Part shown: in pieces, positions 8,052-18,851 of the stretch
Position numbering within the stretch: position 1 is the first letter of the stretch
Layout: each line of letters starts with the position of its first letter
From: PVC group bacterium
GTDB taxonomy: Bacteria > Auribacterota > Erginobacteria > Erginobacterales > Erginobacteraceae
Length of the DNA: 47,454 nucleotides
Assembly (NCBI GenBank): GCA_043804695.1
Contig: JAZDIV010000087.1
Span: 1 to 47,454, forward strand
Direction: 5' to 3'
Made by a program: the position numbers and the translations under genes
The notes under the pieces: model-generated
What the model saw: the letters and a program-made list of their open reading frames with translations, nothing else
What the model was told of the DNA's origin: nothing
Databases searched by the model: none

Positions 8052-9775
8052 GCGTGAGAACAGGACGGATATCAGGGATCAACGGAAATATGCTGGTGGT
8101 CGATTTCGATGATTTCGTAAGGCAGAACGAGGTGGCGTACGCACTGATTGGAAATGAGCGCTTAAAATCAGAAGTTATCCGGGTGCGGGGAAACGCGGCG
8201 GAACTGCAGGTGTATGAAAACACGGAAGGCCTGAAGGTCGGAGATGTTGTTGAGTTCACCGGAGAACTGCTGGCCGTCGAGCTGGGTCCGGGGCTTCTGA
8301 CACAGATATTTGACGGTCTGCAAAATCCCCTTCCGGAACTGGCCGAGAAGTGCGGCTTTTTCCTGAAACGGGGTTTTTACCTCGATCCCTTGTCGGATAA
8401 GAAGAGGTGGGAATTCACCCCGAAAGCGAAAGTGGGTGAGAAGGTGACCGCCGGTGATGTTCTGGGGACGGTCCCCGAGGGGATATTCGAACACTGCATC
8501 ATGGTTCCTTTCGGTCTGAAAAGCGAATATGAAACGGTTACACTGGCTCCTCCCGGTTCCTACACAATAAGAGAGACGATTGCCGAGATCAAGGACGGGC
8601 GGGGGCAGATACACCCGGTTACCATGGTCCAGGTCTGGCCGGTGAAGATTCCGATCGCGGCCTACCAGGAAAAGCTCAAGCCGGGAGAACCGATGGTGAC
8701 CAGGGTCCGGATTATAGACACGATGGTACCGATCGCCCTGGGCGGAACCTACTGTATTCCGGGGCCGTTCGGGGCCGGGAAGACCGTCCTTCAGCAGATC
8801 ACCAGCAGGAACGCGGAAGTTGACATCGTCATCATCGCCGCCTGCGGGGAGAGAGCGGGGGAGGTGGTCGAAACCCTGAAAGAGTTCCCCGAACTGATCG
8901 ATCCCCGGACACAGAAACCCCTGATGGAGCGGACCATCATCATCTGCAATACCAGCTCGATGCCGGTCGCGGCCAGGGAGTCGAGCGTCTATACGGCGGT
9001 CACCATGGCCGAGTATTATCGCCAGATGGGCCTGCATGTTCTTCTCCTGGCCGATTCGACTTCCCGCTGGGCCCAGGCCATGCGGGAGATGTCGGGGCGG
9101 CTGGAAGAGATTCCCGGTGAGGAAGCCTTCCCGGCCTACCTGGAGTCACGGATCGCCTCGTTCTATGAGCGGGCCGGGAGTGTTCGTCTCAACAACGGAG
9201 AGATGGGATCGGTGACCATCGGAGGAGCGGTCAGCCCGGCGGGAGGAAACTTTGAAGAGCCGGTGACCCAGGCAACGCTGAAAGTCGTGGGGGCGTTTCT
9301 CGGCCTCTCCCGGGAGCGGTCGGACGCCCGGAAGTACCCGTCGATCGATGTTCTCGACTCCTGGAGCAAGTACAGGAGTTTTGTCGATGCCGGGCAGGTC
9401 GCCTGCGCCCGGCGGCTGCTGATGAAAAGCGCCGAAATCGATCAGATGATGAAGGTAGTGGGAGAGGAAGGGACATCCCTGGCCGATTTCGTGGACTATC
9501 TGAAGGGGGAGTACATAGACGAGGTGTATCTCCAGCAGAATGCCTATGACAAGGTCGATGAAGCGACCACGGCAGAGAGACAGATATATGTTTTCAACGT
9601 CCTCCATGAGATATTGATCGCCCCCCTCACATTTAAAAACAAGGATGCCGCGCGGAGTTTCTTCCACGAGATCAGGCAGATCTTCAGGAACTGGAACTCC
9701 GCCCCCTGGGATAGCGAGTCGTTCAAAAAACTGGAAGGGGAACTGAAACAAAAAGTTGCCGAGGTGACCAAATAG
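8048..9775 (+). CDS. atpA: V/A-type ATP synthase subunit A (catalytic)
   Basis: Walker A GPFGAGKT, ACGERAGE, NTSSMPVAARE, DSTSRWAQA and PGEEAFPAYL. Confidence 0.97.
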   Translation: MSVRTGRISGINGNMLVVDFDDFVRQNEVAYALIGNERLKSEVIRVRGNAAELQVYENTEGLKVGDVVEFTGELLAVELGPGLLTQIFDGLQNPLPELAEKCGFFLKRGFYLDPLSDKKRWEFTPKAKVGEKVTAGDVLGTVPEGIFEHCIMVPFGLKSEYETVTLAPPGSYTIRETIAEIKDGRGQIHPVTMVQVWPVKIPIAAYQEKLKPGEPMVTRVRIIDTMVPIALGGTYCIPGPFGAGKTVLQQITSRNAEVDIVIIAACGERAGEVVETLKEFPELIDPRTQKPLMERTIIICNTSSMPVAARESSVYTAVTMAEYYRQMGLHVLLLADSTSRWAQAMREMSGRLEEIPGEEAFPAYLESRIASFYERAGSVRLNNGEMGSVTIGGAVSPAGGNFEEPVTQATLKVVGAFLGLSRERSDARKYPSIDVLDSWSKYRSFVDAGQVACARRLLMKSAEIDQMMKVVGEEGTSLADFVDYLKGEYIDEVYLQQNAYDKVDEATTAERQIYVFNVLHEILIAPLTFKNKDAARSFFHEIRQIFRNWNSAPWDSESFKKLEGELKQKVAEVTK

Positions 9776-9972
9776 TCTGGTTTACGTTCCGGATATGTAT
9801 TTGGTAACCGCGCCCTTCAGGGTGCGCCCGGTTCACAACCATGTTCGGCCCGGGGCGCTCCGGTTCACCGGAGCGGCTACCAGACATGTTTATTCAGTAC
9901 AAATTCCGATCAATGGATGGGGTTTTATGAGGCAAGAACATATTCACTAATTTTTACGGAGTAAAAATTATA

Positions 9973-11448
9973 ATGAGAAAAGTATACAACAGGATCATAC
10001 AGATTTCCGGGGATGTCATCACCGTCGAGGCCAAGGGCGTCGGGAACCAGGAACTGGCCGAGATATCGACCGCCCGGGGCAAATCCCTGGCCCAGGTTAT
10101 CCGCCTCGCCGGTGATCGGGTGTATCTCCAGGTCTTCGCCGGCAGCCGCGGTATCTCCACCGGCGACGAGGTCCGTTTCCTGGGACACCGGATGCAGGTT
10201 TCCTTCTCGGACAATCTTTTGGGGAGGATCTTCAACGGCAGCGGCATCCCCCGGGATAACGGCCCCTCCCTGGCCGAGAATCTGATCGAGATCGGGGGTC
10301 CATCGGTTAATCCGGCGAAGAGGATTATCCCCCGGCGACTGGTCCGGACGGGGATCCCCATGATCGACGTCTTCAATTCCCTGGTTGTTTCACAGAAGCT
10401 CCCCATCTTCTCCGTTGCCGGGGAGCCGTATAATGAGCTGCTGGCCCGGATCGCCCTTCAAGCGGAAGTTGATATTATCATCCTGGGCGGGATGGGCCTG
10501 AAATACGACGACTACCTCTATTTCCGTGACATGCTGGAGAAGCACGGGGCGTTATCCCGGTCGATTTTCTTCGTGCACACCGCGGCCGATCCCACCGTTG
10601 AGTGCACGATGGTCCCCGATCTGTGCCTGGCCGTGGCCGAACAGTTTGCCGTCAATGGAAAGGATGTCCTGGTCCTTCTGACCGACATGACCAACTTTGC
10701 CGATTCGCTGAAAGAGATTGCCATCACCATGGAACAGGTCCCCTCCAACCGGGGATACCCCGGCGACCTGTACAGCCAGCTCGCCGCCCGCTACGAGAAG
10801 GCGGTTGATTTTGAGGGGTCCGGGGCCATCACCATTCTGGCCGTGACCACGATGCCGGGTGACGACGTGACCCACCCGGTTCCGGACAATACCGGGTATA
10901 TCACCGAGGGGCAGTTTTACCTGAAGAACGGCCGGATCGAGCCGTTCGGATCGTTAAGCCGCCTGAAACAGCAGGTGAACGATAAAACCCGGGAAGACCA
11001 CCGGACGATCATGAACGCCATGATCCAGCTCTATGCCGACTACAAGGAAACCAGGGAGAAACAGGCGATGGGTTTCCAGATGAGCAAGTGGGACCGGAAA
11101 CTCCTCAAGTACGGTGAGATGTTCGAAAAGAAGATGATGGACCTCTCGGTCAATATCCCTCTCGAGGAGGCGCTTGACCTGGGCTGGGAGATCATGGCCG
11201 ATTGTTTTACCCCCCAGGAGACCGGCATCAAGACCGAAATGATAGACACGTTCTGGCCGAAGGGACGGAATGAAGGCCGCGACGTGGAGGAAGAGGGGGA
11301 AGAAGATGATGAACAGGGGCGGGGGGGGGCGAAAAAAGAGACGGAATCACCGGAGGCAGCCGCTACAGAGGATCAGGGAAAGCCTGAACATGTCGCCACG
11401 GTTTCTGAAGACGATATAGAAGACCTGGAAGTTGTCGGCATACCGTAA
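9973..11448 (+). CDS. atpB: V/A-type ATP synthase subunit B, with an acidic C-terminal extension
   Basis: [43 protein letters not shown] and [15 protein letters not shown]. Confidence 0.97.
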   Translation: MRKVYNRIIQISGDVITVEAKGVGNQELAEISTARGKSLAQVIRLAGDRVYLQVFAGSRGISTGDEVRFLGHRMQVSFSDNLLGRIFNGSGIPRDNGPSLAENLIEIGGPSVNPAKRIIPRRLVRTGIPMIDVFNSLVVSQKLPIFSVAGEPYNELLARIALQAEVDIIILGGMGLKYDDYLYFRDMLEKHGALSRSIFFVHTAADPTVECTMVPDLCLAVAEQFAVNGKDVLVLLTDMTNFADSLKEIAITMEQVPSNRGYPGDLYSQLAARYEKAVDFEGSGAITILAVTTMPGDDVTHPVPDNTGYITEGQFYLKNGRIEPFGSLSRLKQQVNDKTREDHRTIMNAMIQLYADYKETREKQAMGFQMSKWDRKLLKYGEMFEKKMMDLSVNIPLEEALDLGWEIMADCFTPQETGIKTEMIDTFWPKGRNEGRDVEEEGEEDDEQGRGGAKKETESPEAAATEDQGKPEHVATVSEDDIEDLEVVGIP

Positions 11449-11471
11449 TCAATTTTTTACGGAGTAAAAAA

Positions 11472-12080
11472 TTGGCCAGGAAAAAAGTAAAATTCACCAA
11501 GGGGGAGCTGAAACGGCAGCGGGACGCCCAGGAGCGGTTCGAGCGTTATCTGCCCACTCTCCAGCTGAAACAGCAGCAGCTGCAGATGGAAGTGCGCAAG
11601 ATTGAGGCGCTTCTTTACCGGAAGAAGGTGGAGATCGCGCGGACCAGGGAAGACATGACCTCCTGGATGGGCATCCTGGGGGATACCGAGATTGACCTTT
11701 CCCCCTGGGTGCGGCCGAAAGAGATCGTCACCGGCACCGCGAATATTGCCGGGGTTACCATTCCTGTCCTGCGCCGGATAAACTTTCCGCCGGTTGATTA
11801 TGATCTTTATTCCACGCCGCTGTGGGTGGACGGCGCCGTGGAAGAGATCCGGAAACTGACGTCCCTGATCTCGGAAACCGGAATAATCGAGGAGCAGTTC
11901 AGCCTGTTGAACCGGGAGCTCCAGATCACGATGCAGAGGGTGAACCTGTTTGAAAAAGTTAAAATTCCGGAATGCCGGGAAAACATCAGGGCGATCCGGA
12001 TCTATCTGGGGGATCAGGACACCAACGCCGTCTGCCGGAGCAAGATCGCCAAGAGGAAGATCGAAAGAGCCGCCGCCTGA
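11472..12080 (+). CDS. atpD: V/A-type ATP synthase subunit D
   Basis: TKGELKRQR...LPTLQLK and QRVNLFEKVKIP; TTG start 7 nt after GGAG. Confidence 0.95.
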   Translation: MARKKVKFTKGELKRQRDAQERFERYLPTLQLKQQQLQMEVRKIEALLYRKKVEIARTREDMTSWMGILGDTEIDLSPWVRPKEIVTGTANIAGVTIPVLRRINFPPVDYDLYSTPLWVDGAVEEIRKLTSLISETGIIEEQFSLLNRELQITMQRVNLFEKVKIPECRENIRAIRIYLGDQDTNAVCRSKIAKRKIERAAA

Positions 12081-12273
12081 TAAGGCCACCAAGTCACCAA
12101 GACACAAAGATAAATTAGAGCCTTCGGCGCTAATTTAGATAGTCGGTTTTGTTTGAATCAAGGGGAATAGATTATTATCGGCGGGATGAGTTTAAATCCA
12201 ACAATTCACGCCATAACGGGAATTTTTACCCTTTATTGAATTACACTATTTTTTTGCGGAGCAAAAAAATAAA

Positions 12274-14049
12274 ATGATCACCCGGATGAAGAAAGTCACG
12301 ATCGTGGTTCAGGAGAAAGACCGGGAGGAGGCTCTCACGCAGCTTTCTTCAATCGGACTCGTCCACGTCGAACATCTGAAGGAGCCGGCCGGGCGCCCCC
12401 TGGAAGAGATCGAGGGCAGAATCTCCGAGATTAAAAAAGCGCTGGCGGCCATGCCATCCGGCGGGGAGGAGCCGGAGCGGGTACCCGTCGATGATCTCCC
12501 GGCGCTCCTCGAACGGATTTTCCGTCTGACGGAGGAGCTCAATAAGCTCCGGGAAACCCGGGAGAAACGGCGGAGGTTGATCGATGACTGGAAGATCTGG
12601 GGTGATTTCGATGTGCGCCTTCTCCATCACCTGAATGAGAAAGGGATCTGGGTCTATCTCACCGAGCTTCCGGAGAAGGAACTCGATCAGCTCCCCGATG
12701 ATGTCGGCGTCCAGGTTTTTGCCCGGAAGGGAGGGGTCGCCTACTGTGGGATTATCTCCGATAAGCTGAAATATTTCTATTTCAAAACCCATATTTTGCC
12801 GCCCAAGCGTCTCTCGGAGTTGATGAAGGATCAGATCGGGACCGATCAAAACATTTCTGATGTCCAAAAAAAACTGGCGGAGACGGTATGGTACCGGGCC
12901 GGTCTGGAGGAAGAAATAGAACGTCTTCAGAAGGAGCTTGAGTTCGAACAGGCCGGGTCGGGGATGGGTGAGACGGGGAAGCTCGTATATCTCAGGGGAT
13001 ATTGCCCGGTTCCGAAGGTGGCGCCCCTGGAGGAAGCTGCCCGTAAAAATCGATGGGGCCTCCTGATTGAAGACCCGGGTGACGAAGACGCCCCGCCTTC
13101 CCTGATTACCAATCCCGGATGGGTCCGGATCATCGAGCCGGTCTTTAATCTAATCGATACCATACCCGGATATCGGGAGATAGACTCGAGTTTTGTCTTT
13201 CTTCTGTTTTTTTCACTCTTCTTTGCGATGCTGATCGGCGACGCCGGCTACGGGGTAATCTTCCTGATCGCCGCCGGCGTGGTCCAGTGGAAGCTGGGAG
13301 CCACGCTATCAGACCGGAAACCGCTTTTTCTTCTCTATGTACTCAGTATCGCCACCATCATCTGGGGAGTCCTGACCGGGACTTTTTTCGGGCAGCAATG
13401 GCTTCCCTCGACCGTCCCCGCTCTGGTGCCGTGGCTGCGGGTAAATAATAACGTAATCTGGCTCTGTTTCCTGATCGGAGCCGTCCAGCTGTCAATCGCC
13501 CATCTCTGGAACGCGGTCAGAAAGGCGCCGTCGGTACTGGCTCTTGCCGACATCGGCTGGATCTGTATCATCTGGACGATGTTTTTCGTGGCCGGTATGT
13601 TTATCCTCGCCAATCCATTCCCCGGTTTCGCCATCGGGATGGGAGTGGCCGGCCTGGCGCTGATCATCGGATTCACGATCCCCCCGCGGCAATTTTTCAA
13701 GGATCTGGCCGCACGAATGTTCGCCATCTTTCTCAGTGTAATCAACAGCTTCGCGGACGTCGTTTCCTATATCCGTCTGTTTGCGGTCGGTCTGGCCACG
13801 GTGGCGATTGCCGATGCCTTCAATAACATGGCGGCAGGTCTGGGATGGTCGTCCCTCTTGAGCGGTTTTATCGCCTCGGTCATCCTGCTCTTCGGACATA
13901 CGCTTAACATGCTCCTGGGGGGCATGGCTATCCTGGTTCACGGGGTCCGTCTTAACGTGCTGGAATTTTCCAGTCATCTGGGCAATGAGTGGTCAGGCCA
14001 TAAGTACATTCCTTTCAAAGGCGAAAAAACAAGCATTGTAAAAAAATAA
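12274..14049 (+). CDS. atpI: V/A-type ATP synthase subunit I (a)
   Basis: Soluble coiled-coil N-terminal half, then PGYREID, GDAGYG, DVVSYIRLFAVGLA and VHGVRLNVLEF. Confidence 0.96.
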   Translation: MITRMKKVTIVVQEKDREEALTQLSSIGLVHVEHLKEPAGRPLEEIEGRISEIKKALAAMPSGGEEPERVPVDDLPALLERIFRLTEELNKLRETREKRRRLIDDWKIWGDFDVRLLHHLNEKGIWVYLTELPEKELDQLPDDVGVQVFARKGGVAYCGIISDKLKYFYFKTHILPPKRLSELMKDQIGTDQNISDVQKKLAETVWYRAGLEEEIERLQKELEFEQAGSGMGETGKLVYLRGYCPVPKVAPLEEAARKNRWGLLIEDPGDEDAPPSLITNPGWVRIIEPVFNLIDTIPGYREIDSSFVFLLFFSLFFAMLIGDAGYGVIFLIAAGVVQWKLGATLSDRKPLFLLYVLSIATIIWGVLTGTFFGQQWLPSTVPALVPWLRVNNNVIWLCFLIGAVQLSIAHLWNAVRKAPSVLALADIGWICIIWTMFFVAGMFILANPFPGFAIGMGVAGLALIIGFTIPPRQFFKDLAARMFAIFLSVINSFADVVSYIRLFAVGLATVAIADAFNNMAAGLGWSSLLSGFIASVILLFGHTLNMLLGGMAILVHGVRLNVLEFSSHLGNEWSGHKYIPFKGEKTSIVKK

Positions 14050-14063
14050 GGAGGAGAACCATC

Positions 14064-14519
14064 ATGGAAGCAGGAAGCGTGCTGATGCAGTTTCAAGATC
14101 TCGGATTTTCGGCGGTTCTGGCGCTGGCGGCAATCGGATCAGCCCTGGGAACGGGAATAGCCGGGATGGCGGCGGTCGGGGCCTGGAAGAAATGTTTTGC
14201 CCAGAACAAGGCGGCCCCCTTCATGCTCACCGTCTTTGTGGGAGCGCCTCTTTCGCAGACTATCTATGGGATGATCGTGATGAACACGCTGGCCGCCAAA
14301 GTCAGCGGCGGAGCTTTCTGCTGGGGAACCGGGATTCTGGCCGGTCTGGCGATCGGGATCAGCGCGCTGATGCAGGGAAAGGCCGGCGCCGGCGCCGCGG
14401 ACGCCCTGGCCGAGACAGGCAAAGGTTTTGGAAACTACATTATGGTACTGGGAGTGATCGAGACGGTCGCCCTCTTCGTGATGGTCTTCACGATGATGGC
14501 GGTCGGGAACATCAAATAG
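14064..14519 (+). CDS. atpK: V/A-type ATP synthase subunit K (4-TM proteolipid), probably Na+-binding
   Basis: Four hydrophobic helices; PLSQTIYG, MQG and IET; RBS aggagga. Confidence 0.93.
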   Translation: MEAGSVLMQFQDLGFSAVLALAAIGSALGTGIAGMAAVGAWKKCFAQNKAAPFMLTVFVGAPLSQTIYGMIVMNTLAAKVSGGAFCWGTGILAGLAIGISALMQGKAGAGAADALAETGKGFGNYIMVLGVIETVALFVMVFTMMAVGNIK

Positions 14520-14576
14520 CTATACCTTACTCGAAAAGGTATTTTAGAGATCTTATCTGAAATAAAGAAGATATTC

Positions 14577-14707
14577 ACCACGAAGGTCACGAAGTACACG
14601 AAGAATGATTGAGAAAAAATGAGATTTGGCTCTTTTTCAGCGAAATCTTCGTGATCTTCGTGCCTGCGCGCTGAAGCGCTATGGCGCGCAAGCGTGTTCT
14701 TCGTGGT
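14577..14707. repeat. Element with cacgaag tandem arms in inverted orientation and an internal GC-rich hairpin insert
   Basis: accacgaaggtcacgaagtacacgaag ... cttcgtgatcttcgtg[cctgcgcgctgaagcgctatggcgcgcaagcg]tgttcttcgtggt. Confidence 0.75.
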
Positions 14708-14767
14708 TTTAATCGTTTGTATTTCAATGAGATAAAGTTTTAGATCAGGGTATAGCTACCATCGTAA

Positions 14768-14830
14768 AGGTGTTAACCCGGATTATTCATGAAAATTTGT
14801 AATTTTCACGAATAATCCGGGTTAACACCT
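14768..14830. repeat. 63-bp palindrome (30-bp arms, one mismatch, 3-nt loop)
   Basis: aggtgttaacccggattattcatgaaaatt-tgt-aattttcacgaataatccgggttaacacct. Confidence 0.9.
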
Positions 14831-14909
14831 AGTACTCAACGCATTATGGAGAGCAAAGCCTTTCAGGATCCTGCCGCGCTCTGTTTTTTTTCACTTTTCG
14901 GGTATAGCC

Positions 14910-16499
14910 ATGCACGCCAGAGCTGTAATCAACAGGTGGAAAATTCCGCCCGTGGCCGCGGCGGCGGCGATCTCGGGTGTCTTTTTTCTGTACGCCGTTA
15001 TCACACTCGACGATTTTGGCATCACCTGGGATGAACCGCTGCATTTTGAGACTGGGGATCTTTATCTGAACCGGCTCATCAGCCGGGACCACCCTCTCTC
15101 TTTCTCCAATGATGATTTTCAGGGCTCTATGCAGTATTATGGGCCTGTTTTTGATATCTGCGGCGCGGTCAATCATCGGATACTGACGCTCGCCCTCGGC
15201 CTGCTTCCGGAAGACAATGCCCGGCATCTCCACCTGATCATCCTCTCGTCCCTGACGATATTTTTCACGTATCTCTTTGTCCGGGAGGTGATTTCGGACA
15301 GAACGGCCTTCTATTCCGTTCTCTTTCTCATGACCTTCCCCCGGTATGTCGGCCACTCGTTCAACAATCCGAAGGACATTCCCATTACCGGCATTTTTGT
15401 TATCTCATTCTATCTCTTCAGCCGTCGCCTGATAACGGGGAAAAAAATATACACTATCTTATTTGCCCTGATCGGGGGGATCGGTTTTGCCTCCCGAATT
15501 CAGTATTTTCTTTGCCCGGTAATACTAATATCATCATATATAGTATATAATAGTATAAATAAGATTAAATCTGGCCAGTTGATGAAAAGCATTGTGTCCA
15601 TATGGGATGTATATATGGCTATAGTGTTCATCATCCCCCTGGGGATGCTGCTTTGGCCTTATTTCTGGACATCTCCCTGGGGGAAATTCAAAGATTTGAT
15701 TAACTTTTACCTGAGCCATCCGACCCAGGCTCAGCTTCTGATCCGGTACCTGGGGAAAGATTATGTCCCGGGATTGAACCTGCCCTGGCATTACGCTCCG
15801 GTGATGCTGGCGATCACCACCCCCCTGGCGACTTTGGGATCGGCAGCGGGAGGTCTGGTCATCATAATCGCCTCTTTTATCAAGAAGAGAAATGGAGAAA
15901 ACAGAGGATTATTTTATCTCCTCCTCATCTTCTGGATAATGATCGGGATGCTCCCCTTTATGCTTCCCGGGCAGCGGGTGTACGGAGGGATCAGGCATTT
16001 CCTCTTCATCGCGCCTGCCGTGTGCATTGTCGCCGGGATCGGACTGGACGGTCTTACAGCCGCCATCGGGAAAAGGACAAGGAGACTGGTCTATATCCCG
16101 ATCGGAGCCCTTTTCCTGCTCCTGTTCATCAACACCTATTCGTTCCATCCCTATTTCACAATCTTCTATAACTCTCTGGCAGGAGGCCCCAAAGGGGCGT
16201 TTAGCCGGTTTAATATCGAAAACTGGGGGAATTCCTACAAAGGCGCCTGCCGGTGGCTGAACAAAAATGCCCCGGAGGGAGCCGTGGTTCTTCCCCTGCT
16301 CATACCCCGGATACCCCGCTACTATCTCCGGCCCGACCTGAAAGTTCTCGATTATAGGGCGGCATATGATACGCGGGCGGATTATGATTACAGCATCTAT
16401 ATCATCCGGGACATCGACTGTATGCTTGATAAAACAAAATCGCCGGTCTTCAGCATCGAAGTAAAGGGGCAGCCGATTTGTAACGTGCACCAATGGTGA
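14910..16499 (+). CDS. GT-C fold integral membrane glycosyltransferase (PMT/ArnT, GT39/GT83-like)
   Basis: GITWDEP acidic motif after TM1, GHSFNNPKD, many TM helices, PWHYAP and RHFLF. Confidence 0.8.
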   Translation: MHARAVINRWKIPPVAAAAAISGVFFLYAVITLDDFGITWDEPLHFETGDLYLNRLISRDHPLSFSNDDFQGSMQYYGPVFDICGAVNHRILTLALGLLPEDNARHLHLIILSSLTIFFTYLFVREVISDRTAFYSVLFLMTFPRYVGHSFNNPKDIPITGIFVISFYLFSRRLITGKKIYTILFALIGGIGFASRIQYFLCPVILISSYIVYNSINKIKSGQLMKSIVSIWDVYMAIVFIIPLGMLLWPYFWTSPWGKFKDLINFYLSHPTQAQLLIRYLGKDYVPGLNLPWHYAPVMLAITTPLATLGSAAGGLVIIIASFIKKRNGENRGLFYLLLIFWIMIGMLPFMLPGQRVYGGIRHFLFIAPAVCIVAGIGLDGLTAAIGKRTRRLVYIPIGALFLLLFINTYSFHPYFTIFYNSLAGGPKGAFSRFNIENWGNSYKGACRWLNKNAPEGAVVLPLLIPRIPRYYLRPDLKVLDYRAAYDTRADYDYSIYIIRDIDCMLDKTKSPVFSIEVKGQPICNVHQW

Positions 16500-16527
16500 T
16501 TTCAACCGGAAGGCGGAGCCGAATCTT

Positions 16528-18675
16528 ATGAAGATAAAGAAAGACACGATCGTCAGGATCATCAAATCGAAAAAGAACCGGCCTTTAACCGGGGATGACA
16601 TCAGCCGTCTCCTTCGGCTCACCCCGGATGAATACCGTGAGCTTGAGCGCGTGCTCGCTGAGATGGAAGCGTCGGGCACGGTCATCCGGGTGAAGAACGG
16701 ACGCTACGCGGTGCCGAAGGAACTGGGCCTGATCGTGGGCCGTCTGGAGGTCAACCCCCGGGGCTTCGGTTTCGTGGTGCCGGAAGAGGAACGGGGGGAG
16801 GATATTTATGTTCACAAGGAGGATATGGGCACCGCCCTGCACGGGGACACCGTTCTGGTTCGGCTGGAGAGCTCGCCCCGCGGCCGCCGTTCTCACAGCC
16901 GCGCGGGGAGCGTGGTCAGGGTGATCAGGAGAGGGAGCGGGGTGATCGTGGGGACATTGAAGAAGAGCGATTCCCACTTTTATCTCATCCCCGACAACCC
17001 GTCCTTCATCCATGACATTTATGTCGACCGGGCGCGCACCCGGGACGCCGGGCCGGAGGAGAAGGTCACGGTCCGGATCACCGGCTGGCCGTCGAAGCGC
17101 CTCAACCCGGAAGGAGAAGTCGTGGAGGTTTTGGGGAGAGCGGGGGTGCCCGAGGTGGACACTCTCTCGGCGATCCGGGAGTACGGCATCCGGGAAGAAT
17201 ATCCGGAGGCCGTTCTGGAGGAGGCCGCCCGGGCTCCCGCCCGGATCCCGGAGGAAGAGACGAGAGCGCGGACCGATCTGCGGGGACTGACCCTCTTTAC
17301 CGTCGACCCGGAGGATGCCCGCGACTTCGACGACGCGGTGTCGATCGAGAAGAAGCCGGACGGGAAATTTATACTGGGCGTTCATATAGCCGATGTCTCT
17401 CATTACGTTAGGGAGGACTCGGTTCTGGACGCGGAAGCCCGGGAGCGGGGGACCAGTGTCTATCTGCCCGCCCGCGCCATCCACATGCTCCCGCCCCGTC
17501 TCGCCACCGGGATCTGCAGCCTCCAACCCGGCGAGGACCGCCTGGCCAAGTCGGTCCTGATCACCTTCAGCCCGGAGGGGGAGAGGCTGGATTTTCGTTT
17601 TCACCGTTCGGTCATCAAATCCCACCGCCGGTTTACATACGAAGAGGTGAGAAAAATCCTGGTGGAGAAGGATGCCGCGTCTCGTTCCGGCGCGCCCGAA
17701 CTGACCGCCCTTCTGGATGAAATGGCCGTTCTGGCCCGTCGCCTCCGGGAGGCCCGCTTCGCCCGGGGAGCCTTCGATCTCGACCTCCCCGAAGCGAAGA
17801 TCATCTTCGATGAGAGGGGTCTGATCTCGGACGTCCGACTGGAGGAATCGGATCTCGCCCACTGGCTGATTGAAGAGTTCATGGTGGCCGCCAATGAAGC
17901 GGCGGCGGAATTTTTAGCCGCCCGCCGCGCCCCCCTGATCTACCGGGTGCACGATGAGCCGTCCGGCCCCGATCTGGAGGAGTTCCGGGAGTTCGCGTCC
18001 GCGTTCGGCTACACGATCAAAAACCCCCGGGACCGGAGAGAGGTCCAGTCTTTTCTGGACTCGGTCCGGGAGACGCCCCTGGCGACGACCCTCCAGACCG
18101 CTTTTCTGCGCTCGCTGAAGCAGGCGGAATATTCGGCCAAAAATATCGGACATTTCGGTCTGGCCAGCCCCCGGTATGCCTATTTTACCTCGCCGATCAG
18201 ACGCTACCCGGACCTGCACACCCACCGGCTGCTGGAGTATATCCTGCAGGGGAAAACGCCGCCCCCGGAACCGGAATTGAAAGAGCTGGCCCGGCACTGC
18301 TCGGAGACTGAACGAAACGCGGAGAAGGCGGAGAGAGAGATGCTCCAGCTCCGGAAGCTCCAGTTTTTCGCCCGGCATCTGGAAGGCGCGGATCGGCCGG
18401 TTTTCACCGCGGTCATCACCCGGATAAAAAATTTCGGCCTGATCGTCTATCTGAACCGGTACCTGATCTCCGGGCTGGTCCACGTCTCAACCCTGACCGA
18501 TGACTTCTACCGGATCGACCGGTCCGGGACCCGCCTCCGCGGCCGCCGGACCGGCCGGGAGTTTACCGCCGGGGACGTGGTGACGGTGCGGGCGGAGAAG
18601 GTGGACAGGGAGTTGAAGCAGGTCGACTTTATTATTTTTTCCGCCCCGAATAAAACTTCGGGGCGGAAAAAATAA
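16528..18675 (+). CDS. rnr: Ribonuclease R
   Basis: N-terminal HTH, cold-shock domains (GFGFV), RNB motifs DPEDARDFDDA, IEEFMVAAN and HFGLA...FTSPIRRYPD, and a C-terminal S1 domain. Confidence 0.96.
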   Translation: MKIKKDTIVRIIKSKKNRPLTGDDISRLLRLTPDEYRELERVLAEMEASGTVIRVKNGRYAVPKELGLIVGRLEVNPRGFGFVVPEEERGEDIYVHKEDMGTALHGDTVLVRLESSPRGRRSHSRAGSVVRVIRRGSGVIVGTLKKSDSHFYLIPDNPSFIHDIYVDRARTRDAGPEEKVTVRITGWPSKRLNPEGEVVEVLGRAGVPEVDTLSAIREYGIREEYPEAVLEEAARAPARIPEEETRARTDLRGLTLFTVDPEDARDFDDAVSIEKKPDGKFILGVHIADVSHYVREDSVLDAEARERGTSVYLPARAIHMLPPRLATGICSLQPGEDRLAKSVLITFSPEGERLDFRFHRSVIKSHRRFTYEEVRKILVEKDAASRSGAPELTALLDEMAVLARRLREARFARGAFDLDLPEAKIIFDERGLISDVRLEESDLAHWLIEEFMVAANEAAAEFLAARRAPLIYRVHDEPSGPDLEEFREFASAFGYTIKNPRDRREVQSFLDSVRETPLATTLQTAFLRSLKQAEYSAKNIGHFGLASPRYAYFTSPIRRYPDLHTHRLLEYILQGKTPPPEPELKELARHCSETERNAEKAEREMLQLRKLQFFARHLEGADRPVFTAVITRIKNFGLIVYLNRYLISGLVHVSTLTDDFYRIDRSGTRLRGRRTGREFTAGDVVTVRAEKVDRELKQVDFIIFSAPNKTSGRKK

Positions 18676-18725
18676 TAGTTTTGAAGCTTTTGGCCTACGG
18701 ATAACGCATGCTTCAGGAGTAAAAA

Positions 18726-18850
18726 GTTGGCTGAGGTTCTAAGGCCTTTTTAGAATGTCGCCTCGATGAGAATAGTATGGTTAACCAACAGACCCCGATT
18801 GAATCAATCTGGGTCCACTATTAAATAGCGCCGAAGGCGCTAATTAATAT
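18726..18850 (+). promoter_or_regulatory. Repeated promoter/leader element, copy 2; ends 1 nt before the GTG at 18852
   Basis: TTGGCT(18727)-N18-TAGAAT(18751); closely similar to copy 1 over ~180 bp. Confidence 0.7.
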
Positions 18851-18851
18851 A

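Noticed and set aside
16585..18483. Long minus-strand ORFs over rnr
   Set aside because: GC-bias shadow ORFs opposite a clear gene.
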